Source of the DNA: Saccharolobus islandicus REY15A
Lineage (GTDB): Archaea; Thermoproteota; Thermoprotei_A; Sulfolobales; Sulfolobaceae
DNA: 64,000 bases
Reading direction: 5' to 3' (one strand)
NCBI RefSeq assembly: GCF_000189555.1
Contig: NC_017276.1
Shown: positions 53,580 to 62,723 of the stretch, piece after piece
Numbering within the stretch: the first letter of the stretch is position 1
Layout of the letters: each line of letters opens with the position of its first letter
Position numbers and translations under genes: made by a program
The notes under the pieces: model-generated
Seen by the model: only the letters and a program-made list of their open reading frames with translations
Told to the model about the DNA's origin: nothing
The model's database searches: none

Positions 53580-55355
53580 ATGAAACCAGAAGACTACTAC
53601 CATTCGATTAAATTAATACCTGAAATAACAATAGAGAAGGGAAAACTATTTCACGTAGAGACATGGATAGAGGAGGATAAGTACAAGTCATCAATTTATT
53701 TGAACCTTAAGAGGATAACATTTCAAGGAAGTGAATCCTCGCCAAAGTTCGATAACGATAAGCTTTACTTTATAAGAAATGAAGAGACAAAATCATCTTT
53801 ACTTGAAGCGCAACTCTATGGCGAGCCGAAAGTAATATTTACATTTTCTGGTAAAATATCGAAATATGAATTCCATAATAAGGGAATATTAGTGATAGCA
53901 GAGGAAAACACAGATAAGACATTGCCGTTTAGAGCCGAGAAGATAAAATATAGGTTTGATAGCAGAGGCTTATTGAGAGCTAGACAATCACTTTATTTAT
54001 TTGATGGTAAAGATTTGAGGAAGCTCGTTACTGGGAACTTTGACGTTACAGATTTAGCTACAAACGGTAGTAGGGTTGTAATTTCAGCAACTAAGGATGG
54101 AGATGATTATGGATTAGGAAATTTGTATGAGGTGAACATAGAAACTGGGGAGTTAAACAGAATAACGAAAGAGGATGGAACTGTACAAGCAATCGCTATG
54201 AACAGCGAGGGAAAAATAGCATTTTTAGGACATAGGAAAGGACTAACCCCATGGGCTTCTCTCGAAATAATGCTACCAGAAGAAGGAAAGAGTTACATCT
54301 GCGGAAAGACTTGCGGAAATAAAGTATTAACTGATTTATTTGATGGTATAAAGGATAAGATCGTATTCGAAAAGGATCTAATACTCTCCTTAGGTCAAGA
54401 GGGAGGTACATCACATATTTATCAAATCTCTGACAATAAAGTAGACAAGGTAACTAGTGGAAATATAATGGTAAGAGGATTTGATTATAGTAATGGCGAG
54501 TTAGCTTACTTCTATTCTACTCCAGAAAAGCCGGTAATATTAAAATATAGAGATATAGAATATGATCCAAACCCCAACGTTAAAGGATATACTCCAGAGA
54601 AAATTGTTATAAACAGTAACGGAATGGAAGTTGAGGGCTGGAATATAGTTAGAGATCCTAATGCACCAACAATATTATTTATTCATGGGGGACCACATAT
54701 GGCATATGGCTATGGCTATTTTATAGAATTCCAGTTCTTCGTAGATAATGGGTTTAACGTAATATATGCAAATCCTAGAGGTAGCCAAGGATATGGGGAG
54801 GAATTCGCTAAGGCTTGTGTGGGTGATTGGGGTGGAAAGGATTTCGAAGATCTAATAAACTTCGTGAATACCGTTAAGGAAAAATATGGTTTAAAAGGTA
54901 AATTTGGTGTTACTGGCGGTTCTTATGGGGGTTTTATGACCAATTGGGTAGTAGCGAAGACTAATATATTTTCGGCTGCAATTAGTGAAAGGAGTATATC
55001 GAATCTAATTAGCATGTGTGGTACTAGTGATATAGGTTTTTGGTTTAATGCTATTGAATCTGGGATTACTGATCCATGGAGTACTGAAGGCATAGAGAAA
55101 CTAATGAAAATGTCGCCAATTTATTATGTGAAAAACGTTAAAACACCTACCATGTTAATTCATGGTGAAGAGGATTACAGATGTCCGATTGAACAAGCTG
55201 AACAATTTTATGTTGCATTAAAGATGCAGGGAGTCCCTACAACGTTAGTAAGATATCAAGGCGATTCTCATGAGCATGCCAGAAGAGGGAAGCCAAAGAA
55301 TATGATAGATAGGCTAAAGACTAAATTAGAATGGTTTAGTAAATATTTACTCTAA
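53580..55355 (+). CDS. S9 acylaminoacyl-peptidase/prolyl oligopeptidase
   Basis: IHGGP, NPRGSQGYG, GGSYGG (Ser), HGEEDYRC (Asp), SHE (His). Confidence 0.94.
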   Translation: MKPEDYYHSIKLIPEITIEKGKLFHVETWIEEDKYKSSIYLNLKRITFQGSESSPKFDNDKLYFIRNEETKSSLLEAQLYGEPKVIFTFSGKISKYEFHNKGILVIAEENTDKTLPFRAEKIKYRFDSRGLLRARQSLYLFDGKDLRKLVTGNFDVTDLATNGSRVVISATKDGDDYGLGNLYEVNIETGELNRITKEDGTVQAIAMNSEGKIAFLGHRKGLTPWASLEIMLPEEGKSYICGKTCGNKVLTDLFDGIKDKIVFEKDLILSLGQEGGTSHIYQISDNKVDKVTSGNIMVRGFDYSNGELAYFYSTPEKPVILKYRDIEYDPNPNVKGYTPEKIVINSNGMEVEGWNIVRDPNAPTILFIHGGPHMAYGYGYFIEFQFFVDNGFNVIYANPRGSQGYGEEFAKACVGDWGGKDFEDLINFVNTVKEKYGLKGKFGVTGGSYGGFMTNWVVAKTNIFSAAISERSISNLISMCGTSDIGFWFNAIESGITDPWSTEGIEKLMKMSPIYYVKNVKTPTMLIHGEEDYRCPIEQAEQFYVALKMQGVPTTLVRYQGDSHEHARRGKPKNMIDRLKTKLEWFSKYLL

Positions 55356-55753
55356 TCAATATCTTTTTCACACTCCTTATTTATGGCGGTAAGAACGTCC
55401 CTCATTGAGACTACGCCTATTATTTTTCCTGTTTCATTAATAGCTAACAAATGAGTGATATTGTTCCTCATCATGAACATAAAGGTATCTATCAAATCCT
55501 CCTCTCCGTTTATAGTAATCACATTTTTTATCATAACTTTTGATACCGGTTCATTTTGTGAGACTCCTTTCGCAAGTGACCTTAAAATTATACTCCTAGT
55601 CACTATTCCTATGACATCATCTCCTTTACTATTGTCTATTACAAGCGCAAACCGGATTCCTTGTTTGTCCATGAGTTCTAACGCTTCGGAAAGACTAGTG
55701 TGTCGGGTAATTTTTATAGGTCTAGTATTATTGAAAACGTCTTTAAGTTTCAT
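55352..55753 (-). CDS. CBS-domain pair protein
   Basis: Two CBS repeats (VIGIVTRSII; IIGVVSMRDV). Confidence 0.9.
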   Translation of the reverse strand: MKLKDVFNNTRPIKITRHTSLSEALELMDKQGIRFALVIDNSKGDDVIGIVTRSIILRSLAKGVSQNEPVSKVMIKNVITINGEEDLIDTFMFMMRNNITHLLAINETGKIIGVVSMRDVLTAINKECEKDID

Positions 55754-55888
55754 AGATTATTTTTCTCTTTCTACAACTTAAACTTTATTTATCATTAACA
55801 GTGTTTAACAGATATACTTCATAAGAAAAAAGTTTAAAAGGATATATAAAGAAAAAGGGTATTTTATATAAGGAAAAATATATATAGA

Positions 55889-56257
55889 TTAGCTTGACCC
55901 CGCACCACAACCGCAATAGCCGTATTCGTCTATTTCAATTCCGCATACTGGACATACGTAACCGGAGCCTTTTACTTCCTCAGCCCTCTTTCCATATATT
56001 AACATGTGGGGATCAAAGTATAATTCTCTTAAACTTGGTAAAGATTTCTCATCTTCATTTGTAATTTTTGTATTTACAGCCTCCTTAATTCTAAACTTTA
56101 AAGTTCTCTTCTCTAAAGCTTTCTTAGCAAGTTGTTTAGATGAAATTTTCCCCTTAACAACTCCACTGTGATCTATAATTTCTATCTCTTCATCACTTAT
56201 ATGAAGGGCTATCTCCTCGACTTCTTCATCTTCATATAATTTCTTAACTTCCCGCAT
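55889..56257 (-). CDS. merI: MerI-like protein of the Sulfolobus mer operon
   Basis: 122 aa, downstream of merA; C-terminal CPVCG.....GYCGCG; assigned mainly by synteny. Confidence 0.7.
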   Translation of the reverse strand: MREVKKLYEDEEVEEIALHISDEEIEIIDHSGVVKGKISSKQLAKKALEKRTLKFRIKEAVNTKITNEDEKSLPSLRELYFDPHMLIYGKRAEEVKGSGYVCPVCGIEIDEYGYCGCGAGSS

Positions 56258-56397
56258 AGTCCTATTTATACTGTTTATAGTATTTAAACTTTTATCTTCA
56301 TAACTTACATAGAAATAAACGTGTTACTATACGGAGAATTTTTCTTAATCACTTAACCAATAGAACAACTAATTATATAAAAAAGAAAAGGAATCAC

Positions 56398-57759
56398 TTA
56401 GACACAGCAACTCATTTTACTAACATCACTGGTAAAAGCTAGCGCTACTATTCTCAAACTCTCGGCCATTGTGGGAAAGACGTGTATTGTATCAATCAAA
56501 TCATCTATTGTAGCCCTAAATTTAATCGCTAACGCCGCCTCATTTATCACCTCTGCAGCGTATTTACCAAACATCTGGACACCTAAAATATTCCTAAACT
56601 TCTTATCTATAACCATCTTTATTAATCCATAATCTTCCCTTAATATTCTCGCCTTAGCTATATTATTCATCTTAACGACCCTATGGTCTATATCATAGCC
56701 TTCTTTCATTGCCTCTAATGCAGTAAGACCAACTTTAGCCACATTGGGTTCTATAAATACAACTTGGGGCACACTACTCATATCAATTTTTCTTTTTACA
56801 TTCATTATTGCGTTCTCTGCTGCAATTGAACCTTGTCTGCCAGCTAAAGCTTCCAACATAGGACCACCAATTACATCTCCTGCAGCATATACATTAGGAT
56901 TTGAGGTTCTTAGTTCTTCATTAACCTTTATGCCTCCCTTATCGTTTAACTCTATTCCTGCAGCATCTAAATTCATTTCCACATTAGGCTTCCTTCCAGT
57001 TGCCAAAAGAATTTCATCAGCCTCAACTTCACCCTTATCCGTAACTACTATCTTTCCCCCATTTCCCTTTCTAACCTCCTTAACCCTAACGTTTGTAAAA
57101 ATCGGAATATTATCATTCTTCTCTAAATAGTTTTTAACGGAAAGGGAAATTTCAGGCTCCCAATCTGGTAATATTCTTTCACTCCTTTGAAGAATTATGG
57201 TATCAACTCCTAGTCTCTTATACATTTGTGCAAACTCTAACGCCAAAGCCCTTCCTCCTATAATAGCTAAGGATGATATTGTCTTGTCTGGTGATAAGGC
57301 TTCGACATTAGTCCAAAACCCAACTTCAGTTAAACCCTTGATGTTAGGCACATTGGGAGAAGAACCTGTGGCTATTATAAACTTTTTAGACTCTATTGTC
57401 TCCCCATTTACTTTAATCGCGTTAGGTGAAATGAAATGCGCTTTACCAATTATTAATTTAACATCATATGAATTTATCACATCCTCGTATTTTTCCTTTC
57501 GTAGTGAATTCACTATTTCAGCCTTGTCTTGAAAGGCTTGAAAAAATTCTGGAAATAGCTTTTTTCCTACTATTTTTGAAGAATTATTGTACAACTCACC
57601 TATCCTCAACATTCTCTTCGATGGAACACATCCAACGTTAACGCAAGTTCCACCTATTTCTCCATAACCTACAACTACTGGCTTTATTCCGAGTTGATTT
57701 GCTCTTATTAACGCCGCAAATCCAGCTGCACCGTAACCTATAATCACCAGATCTTCCAT
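56398..57759 (-). CDS. merA: Mercuric reductase (no NmerA domain)
   Basis: GYGAAG, GGTCVNVGCVPSK redox dithiol, C-terminal MSCCV pair. Confidence 0.96.
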   Translation of the reverse strand: MEDLVIIGYGAAGFAALIRANQLGIKPVVVGYGEIGGTCVNVGCVPSKRMLRIGELYNNSSKIVGKKLFPEFFQAFQDKAEIVNSLRKEKYEDVINSYDVKLIIGKAHFISPNAIKVNGETIESKKFIIATGSSPNVPNIKGLTEVGFWTNVEALSPDKTISSLAIIGGRALALEFAQMYKRLGVDTIILQRSERILPDWEPEISLSVKNYLEKNDNIPIFTNVRVKEVRKGNGGKIVVTDKGEVEADEILLATGRKPNVEMNLDAAGIELNDKGGIKVNEELRTSNPNVYAAGDVIGGPMLEALAGRQGSIAAENAIMNVKRKIDMSSVPQVVFIEPNVAKVGLTALEAMKEGYDIDHRVVKMNNIAKARILREDYGLIKMVIDKKFRNILGVQMFGKYAAEVINEAALAIKFRATIDDLIDTIHVFPTMAESLRIVALAFTSDVSKMSCCV

Positions 57760-57772
57760 TATCTATCCCTTT

Positions 57773-57958
57773 CTAGCAACATGAGGATCTATCAGCTTCC
57801 TTAAATCTGGCCTCATATTTATCAGCACAATGAGAACAACAAAAGTAATGTTCTTTACCATTGATTTCCCTTACATATATCTCATCTTCAGATAATTTAG
57901 CACCGCAATTCTCACATTTTAACTCGTCTTGCTTTAGATTTAACCTCAAATTAACCAT
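57773..57958 (-). CDS. merH: TRASH-domain mercury chaperone MerH
   Basis: CENCG...YFCCSHC TRASH motif; directly upstream of merA; ATG 57958 (track start 57967). Confidence 0.88.
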   Translation of the reverse strand: MVNLRLNLKQDELKCENCGAKLSEDEIYVREINGKEHYFCCSHCADKYEARFKEADRSSCC

Positions 57959-58008
57959 CTGATTCACCTATTTAAACTTCTGATTGACTAAGATAAAAAT
58001 CTTTTTCA

Positions 58009-58026
58009 TATGAACATATGTTCATA
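58009..58026. promoter_or_regulatory. mer operator (MerR binding palindrome)
   Basis: Perfect 18-bp palindrome TATGAACATATGTTCATA between the divergent merH and merR genes. Confidence 0.88.
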
Positions 58027-58062
58027 GAAAGATTTATTTTAGCCTATTGACATTATAAAAAT

Positions 58063-58410
58063 GTGGATCCTCTTACAAATGAATTGGAATCGCTATTCTC
58101 TGCCCTAGCAGACGGGACTAGATTAAGAATAGTGCTCTTTTTATTGGATAAGGGAGAAGCTACTGTAGATGAAATAAGTAAATCTCTGGGCAAATCACAA
58201 TCTTTAATATCTCATCATATGGCTTGCCTGAGAAATTGCGGAATAGTTAAAGTCAGAAAGGATGGTAAGTTTTCGTACTATTCTATGTCAAGCCCAGAAA
58301 TAATTGAGGTAATAAAACTATCCATAAATCACGTCAAAAAATACAGCCAGTCTATCCTATCTTGTGATGTTCTAGCAGAAGAAAAAGGTCAAGTTAAATT
58401 ATCTCGTTAG
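58063..58410 (+). CDS. merR: ArsR-family mercury regulator MerR (Sulfolobus type)
   Basis: FSALADGTRLRIV, SQSLISHHMACLRNCGIV, YYS; divergent from merHAI. Confidence 0.92.
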   Translation: MDPLTNELESLFSALADGTRLRIVLFLLDKGEATVDEISKSLGKSQSLISHHMACLRNCGIVKVRKDGKFSYYSMSSPEIIEVIKLSINHVKKYSQSILSCDVLAEEKGQVKLSR

Positions 58411-58645
58411 AATACCATATGCGTTTGGGTTGGCTTGTCTCAACTGTGAAGCAAGCTTCCTCTCCCTTATTCTTATGCATTAATTGATGCTCAAGAGCTT
58501 TGGAAACTGATACAATCTGATTACATGTTTTACATCTTAGCATTATTTCTTCGTAAGCTGTAGGTGAAATTTGTGGTAACCCTGGTAAATTTTCATTACC
58601 CCAAATTACTGGTAACCTAGTAGGGATAATTTTTCTACTACTCAT
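58394..58645 (-). CDS. Small hypothetical protein with a C2H2-like motif
   Basis: RCKTC...........HQLMH. Confidence 0.65.
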   Translation of the reverse strand: MSSRKIIPTRLPVIWGNENLPGLPQISPTAYEEIMLRCKTCNQIVSVSKALEHQLMHKNKGEEACFTVETSQPKRIWYSNEII

Positions 58646-58704
58646 GAATGATCATATACGAAAAGAACAATAAAAACTTTATCAAGAAAGAAAAACAGTT
58701 AACC

Positions 58705-58947
58705 TCAACGCTTCCAAATCAGTGCGTTATCGCTCTTTCTTTTAATCATAAGTACTCTATGGAGTGGAATCACAGTATTCTCTTCACTTTTTAAATACAA
58801 GTAATTATTATCCACAGCATCTATTTCGTTAAATAAAATTTCTTTTAATCCATTTTCAGTTAGTCTATCTATAATTATAACAACATAATCATCAATCTTT
58901 TCCCTATATTTCCATCTAATCATATTTACAGCATCCTTTATTTTCAT
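58705..58947 (-). CDS. DUF504/MJ1316-like RNA-repair-domain protein
   Basis: DAVNMIRW...IIIDR...IPLHRVLMIKRK..LIWKR. Confidence 0.8.
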   Translation of the reverse strand: MKIKDAVNMIRWKYREKIDDYVVIIIDRLTENGLKEILFNEIDAVDNNYLYLKSEENTVIPLHRVLMIKRKSDNALIWKR

Positions 58948-58984
58948 AAGATTTTATATGACCTATAGTTTAAAGTATTTATAG

Positions 58985-59044
58985 ATGAGGAGAAAACGTA
59001 TCGTTCCGCCGCAATGATTGGTGAATTACCGGGCGCAAACCTGA
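58985..59044 (+). ncRNA. Candidate box C/D guide sRNA
   Basis: About 60-nt GC-enriched island in an AT-rich gap: C-like ATGAGGA (58985), internal ATGATTG/GTGA, terminal CTGA (59041-59044); TATA-like TTTAAA upstream. Confidence 0.5.
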
Positions 59045-59092
59045 TAAAATATTAGTAAGAGTTATTATAGTTGATTAAATGAGTGATTACTA

Positions 59093-59821
59093 ATGCCTAA
59101 AATTTGTCCTAGATGTGGATACGTAAATCCGGATGATGCAAATTATTGTGTAAAATGCGGTTATCCTCTTTCGCCTCAACCTCCAAGTCCATCACAACCT
59201 GATAGGCTAACTACAGCATTCAATATTTTCACCAAAAACCTTTCACTCATATTACCTCCTATAATCATGTTAATAATTGAACTAGTATTAGCTGGTATTT
59301 TAGCTGCAATAACTGGTGGAATTTTCTTCATTTCACCAACTGCTGCTTTAGTTACTGCACTAATTTTCAGCGTAATATTAGGAATTGTATATGCACTAAT
59401 TTTCAGTATTACGGTTCATACGACCACTTTCATGGCTCAGGATTCTGCTAGGGGAATTAAGCCAAATACAAGTAGTGCATTTGGTAACGCCATGAATACT
59501 TTAAGTAAGTTATCTGGTATTATTATAGTATTAGTAATCTTGGGACTATTACTAGGATTTACTAGATTTTTGGGAGTTCTTTGGATTGTATTAGGACTAG
59601 CTGGAATACCACTTTTCATAATTTCGTCAGCAACTGTACTTAATAGACCTATGAGTTTAACCGAGGCAATAAATTGGTACTCAAGAGCATTTAATGTAGA
59701 CGGTGCAGCATCTGCAGTAATTTTAGTTGGATCTTTACTTAGCTTAATACCAATTGTAAATATATTCACCATACCATACACTGCAATTTTAACCTACATC
59801 ATGGTAAGGGACATAAGTTGA
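59093..59821 (+). CDS. Zinc-ribbon membrane protein
   Basis: [17 protein letters not shown], Pro-rich linker, about 5 TM. Confidence 0.85.
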   Translation: MPKICPRCGYVNPDDANYCVKCGYPLSPQPPSPSQPDRLTTAFNIFTKNLSLILPPIIMLIIELVLAGILAAITGGIFFISPTAALVTALIFSVILGIVYALIFSITVHTTTFMAQDSARGIKPNTSSAFGNAMNTLSKLSGIIIVLVILGLLLGFTRFLGVLWIVLGLAGIPLFIISSATVLNRPMSLTEAINWYSRAFNVDGAASAVILVGSLLSLIPIVNIFTIPYTAILTYIMVRDIS

Positions 59822-59876
59822 TTTTTCCCACTGAATTAGGAAAATAATTATAAGTGAGTAGATCCATTGTATTTAA

Positions 59877-60296
59877 GTGATGAATGTAAAAGGTATTTCT
59901 GAAGCAATAACAGTTGTTTTCCTAATTCTAGTTACGTTAATTGCAATGGCAATAGTTTCTATTTATTATCTTCACGTAGTAAACCTTAACCAATATGGCT
60001 TATCCCAAGAACTAAAAAACTATTACATTGCAACTGGGCAAATGGTTAGCGTTGTTTATTACCATCAGACTGATAATCGTTCCTATTTTTACGTAGAGAA
60101 CATAGGAAATATACCAATTAACGTTAGTAAGATTTACGTTAATCATACAATGGTGAAGTTTATAATATACAACACTACCAATACAAACGTTAGGATATTA
60201 TATCCGCAAATTGTTTACGTAATAGAGGTCTACGATAACACTACTAACATAATAATACAAACCTCTAACAATAACTTGATACAATTGGAGGCTTGA
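59877..60296 (+). CDS. Type IV pilin-like protein (bindosome Bas pilin)
   Basis: Class III signal KG|ISEAITVVFLILV. Confidence 0.85.
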   Translation: MMNVKGISEAITVVFLILVTLIAMAIVSIYYLHVVNLNQYGLSQELKNYYIATGQMVSVVYYHQTDNRSYFYVENIGNIPINVSKIYVNHTMVKFIIYNTTNTNVRILYPQIVYVIEVYDNTTNIIIQTSNNNLIQLEA

Positions 60297-60688
60297 AAAT
60301 GAGGGGGCAAGCTTCCATAATTGCGATGATAGTAATCTTCTTCTTAATACTTGCAACAATAGGCTTAGTACTATATTTAAGTACCTCATATATGAGCTTA
60401 CAAAAAGAATATTTACAAGTCTCTCAAATACTTGCAAATAAGGCTAAAGAGAATTTATTAATAGGATATGTGAACAATTCTTTGTCAATATATAATTCTG
60501 GCTCGGTAGTGACTAAGATTGTTGCTATATTATTAATAAATCGAACCAATGTGACGATTGTACCCGAAAACATTACAGTACCACCCAATACTAACGTGAT
60601 AATACACGTTAAGTCTGCTAATGGGTATGTTATCATAACATCTTATGGAAATAGTTTCTATATTGCACCACTTTCTGGGAAAAAGTAA
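60293..60688 (+). CDS. Type IV pilin-like protein (bindosome Bas pilin)
   Basis: Class III signal RG|QASIIAMIVIFFL. Confidence 0.85.
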   Translation: MKMRGQASIIAMIVIFFLILATIGLVLYLSTSYMSLQKEYLQVSQILANKAKENLLIGYVNNSLSIYNSGSVVTKIVAILLINRTNVTIVPENITVPPNTNVIIHVKSANGYVIITSYGNSFYIAPLSGKK

Positions 60689-60715
60689 AAAAGGAGAAAT
60701 AATAGATATATCATT

Positions 60716-61135
60716 ATGCAAAAGTATAAAAAAGGCTTAGAAAACGCTTTAGTTACTGTATTGTTAATATTAGTTGCAATAGCTGCGGTCAGCCTTATCA
60801 GTTATTACTTCTTTGGCGTACTTAGGTATAGTATGATCACTACTGGACTAAGTATAAGTAATGTCCAAATGGTTGGGGGAATTATAACTGGAGATTTAAT
60901 AAATCAAGGAGCTAGTAATATAACCAGTATTACAATTCAAGTACATCCTCAAAATAACGGTACGGTTATATCGAACTATACTAATTCTAGTTTAAATATA
61001 CCTCCTGGGCAATCATATGCCTTTACATTACCTGTACCTAAAGCAATTGAAGGCAATAATTACGTTATTACTGTGATTGTTAAGTACAATAACGGACAAA
61101 CCTATGCTACATCGGTAGAAGTTATTGATGAGTGA
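60716..61135 (+). CDS. Type IV pilin-like protein (bindosome Bas pilin)
   Basis: Class III signal KKG|LENALVTVLLILV. Confidence 0.85.
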   Translation: MQKYKKGLENALVTVLLILVAIAAVSLISYYFFGVLRYSMITTGLSISNVQMVGGIITGDLINQGASNITSITIQVHPQNNGTVISNYTNSSLNIPPGQSYAFTLPVPKAIEGNNYVITVIVKYNNGQTYATSVEVIDE

Positions 61136-61175
61136 CTACAATAAAGTATTTTATTTTTATTTTTTAAATAGGTAT

Positions 61176-62723
61176 ATGGTACTTATTGGTAAAAAGAAAT
61201 CACACAATAAATTTGAAGAATTATCCTATTATCTACAATCGATTGATGAATCGGGAATAATATCTCTTAGAGCTAACTTGGAAAATCACAATATCGTAGA
61301 GCATTATTCTCTAAAAAACTTTGACGTTGAAGTTTACATTGTCGAAAAAGAGGGGATTGGTTACTATTTAGTAAACGAACCACAGCTTGATCAGAGAGAA
61401 GAAAAGATCTTATTAGCTATTCTTGACGGTTTAATATATTCTCCCACAACTGTGGTTTCTAATAAACAAATTGACGTGGAAAAACTACAAGAAGATGTAT
61501 TGAAAATTTCAGCTAAATTGGGAGTAATAGGTGACGTAAAGAGAAACTTAAAGAAATATATGTACTATATAACTCGAGAGATAAAATATTCAGTCCTACA
61601 AGTACCAATGAGTGACCCTTTCATCGAAGAGATAGAACTAGTATCCCCAACGACACCAATTTCAGTAGTCCATAGCAGACATAGTGAATGGCCTAGATTG
61701 GAGACTAATATCATTTTAGGGAGTGAGTTGAAGGTTAGGAGAATAGTAGAGAGGTTAGCATCTTTAGGTGGGAGAAGCGTAAGTACAGCTACACCATTAC
61801 AAGATTTTATGTTACACGAAGGTCATAGAGTTGCAGTGAGTTACGGTGAGGAAATAAGTAGAGGAACGACATTTAATATAAGAAAATTCCCAGAAAAGCC
61901 TCTAACGATTATTGACTTGGTTTACAAGTATGGTACATTAAGCGAGCTAATGGCAGTTTACTTATGGTTAATTGCCGAGGCTAAGCTATTTACATTTCTC
62001 GTAGGCCCAACTGGTAGCGGAAAGACCACTGCATTAAACTCACTATTAATGCTACTTAATCCATTAGCGAAATATTTAACGATTGAGGATACACCGGAGC
62101 TAAAATTACCTCACAAATATTGGATACAATTCTATACTAGACCTTCAAACTATGAAGGGAGTAAGGATATCAGTTATTATGAACTAGTCAGACTCTCCTT
62201 AAGATATAGACCAGATTACATTATAGTAGGGGAAGTAAGAGGGAAAGAAATAGAATGGCTAGTTCAAGCTGTTGCCAGTGGTCATGGTGGGCTCACAACA
62301 TTTCATGGGTCTAATCACGTTGACTTAATAACTAGAATTAGTGGGTTATTGGGTCAAGATCTATCGTTACAATTTAAACAGCTAATTTCAGTGATTGCAA
62401 TCATAAAGAGAATTGAAACCGAGAATAGAAAGATGAATAGGAAAATAATATCTATTGTTGAAAATGATGGAAACGGATTTAGGGAAGTATTTAAATATGA
62501 TTATGAAAGGAAGAGCTTCCTTCCCAATAATTCAAAAGAAATTGGTAGCATACAGCTGGAAAAAGCTAGAGAATTATTAGGCTGGAGTAAGGATAAGTTG
62601 TATAAGGAGATAGAAAATAGGCTATTATTAATAAGGGGGCTTGCTGAAAGGGGAGTTTACGACTACGACGCATTGGCAAAAGAGTTAGTTAAATATTATA
62701 TAAATGGTGATAGGGGTGACTGA
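61176..62723 (+). CDS. basE: Type II/IV secretion ATPase (BasE-like)
   Basis: DPFIEEI, IRKFP, GPTGSGKT, TIEDTPEL, LRYRPDYIIVGEVRG, GH..LTTFH; ATG 61176 preferred over the T-rich track extension. The bas identity is inferred from three upstream pilins and proximity to mer. Confidence 0.88.
   Translation: MVLIGKKKSHNKFEELSYYLQSIDESGIISLRANLENHNIVEHYSLKNFDVEVYIVEKEGIGYYLVNEPQLDQREEKILLAILDGLIYSPTTVVSNKQIDVEKLQEDVLKISAKLGVIGDVKRNLKKYMYYITREIKYSVLQVPMSDPFIEEIELVSPTTPISVVHSRHSEWPRLETNIILGSELKVRRIVERLASLGGRSVSTATPLQDFMLHEGHRVAVSYGEEISRGTTFNIRKFPEKPLTIIDLVYKYGTLSELMAVYLWLIAEAKLFTFLVGPTGSGKTTALNSLLMLLNPLAKYLTIEDTPELKLPHKYWIQFYTRPSNYEGSKDISYYELVRLSLRYRPDYIIVGEVRGKEIEWLVQAVASGHGGLTTFHGSNHVDLITRISGLLGQDLSLQFKQLISVIAIIKRIETENRKMNRKIISIVENDGNGFREVFKYDYERKSFLPNNSKEIGSIQLEKARELLGWSKDKLYKEIENRLLLIRGLAERGVYDYDALAKELVKYYINGDRGD

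Noticed and set aside
60674-60685. CTGGGAAAAA upstream of the third pilin
   Set aside because: It is inside the coding end (SGKK) of the previous gene and no convincing TATA follows.
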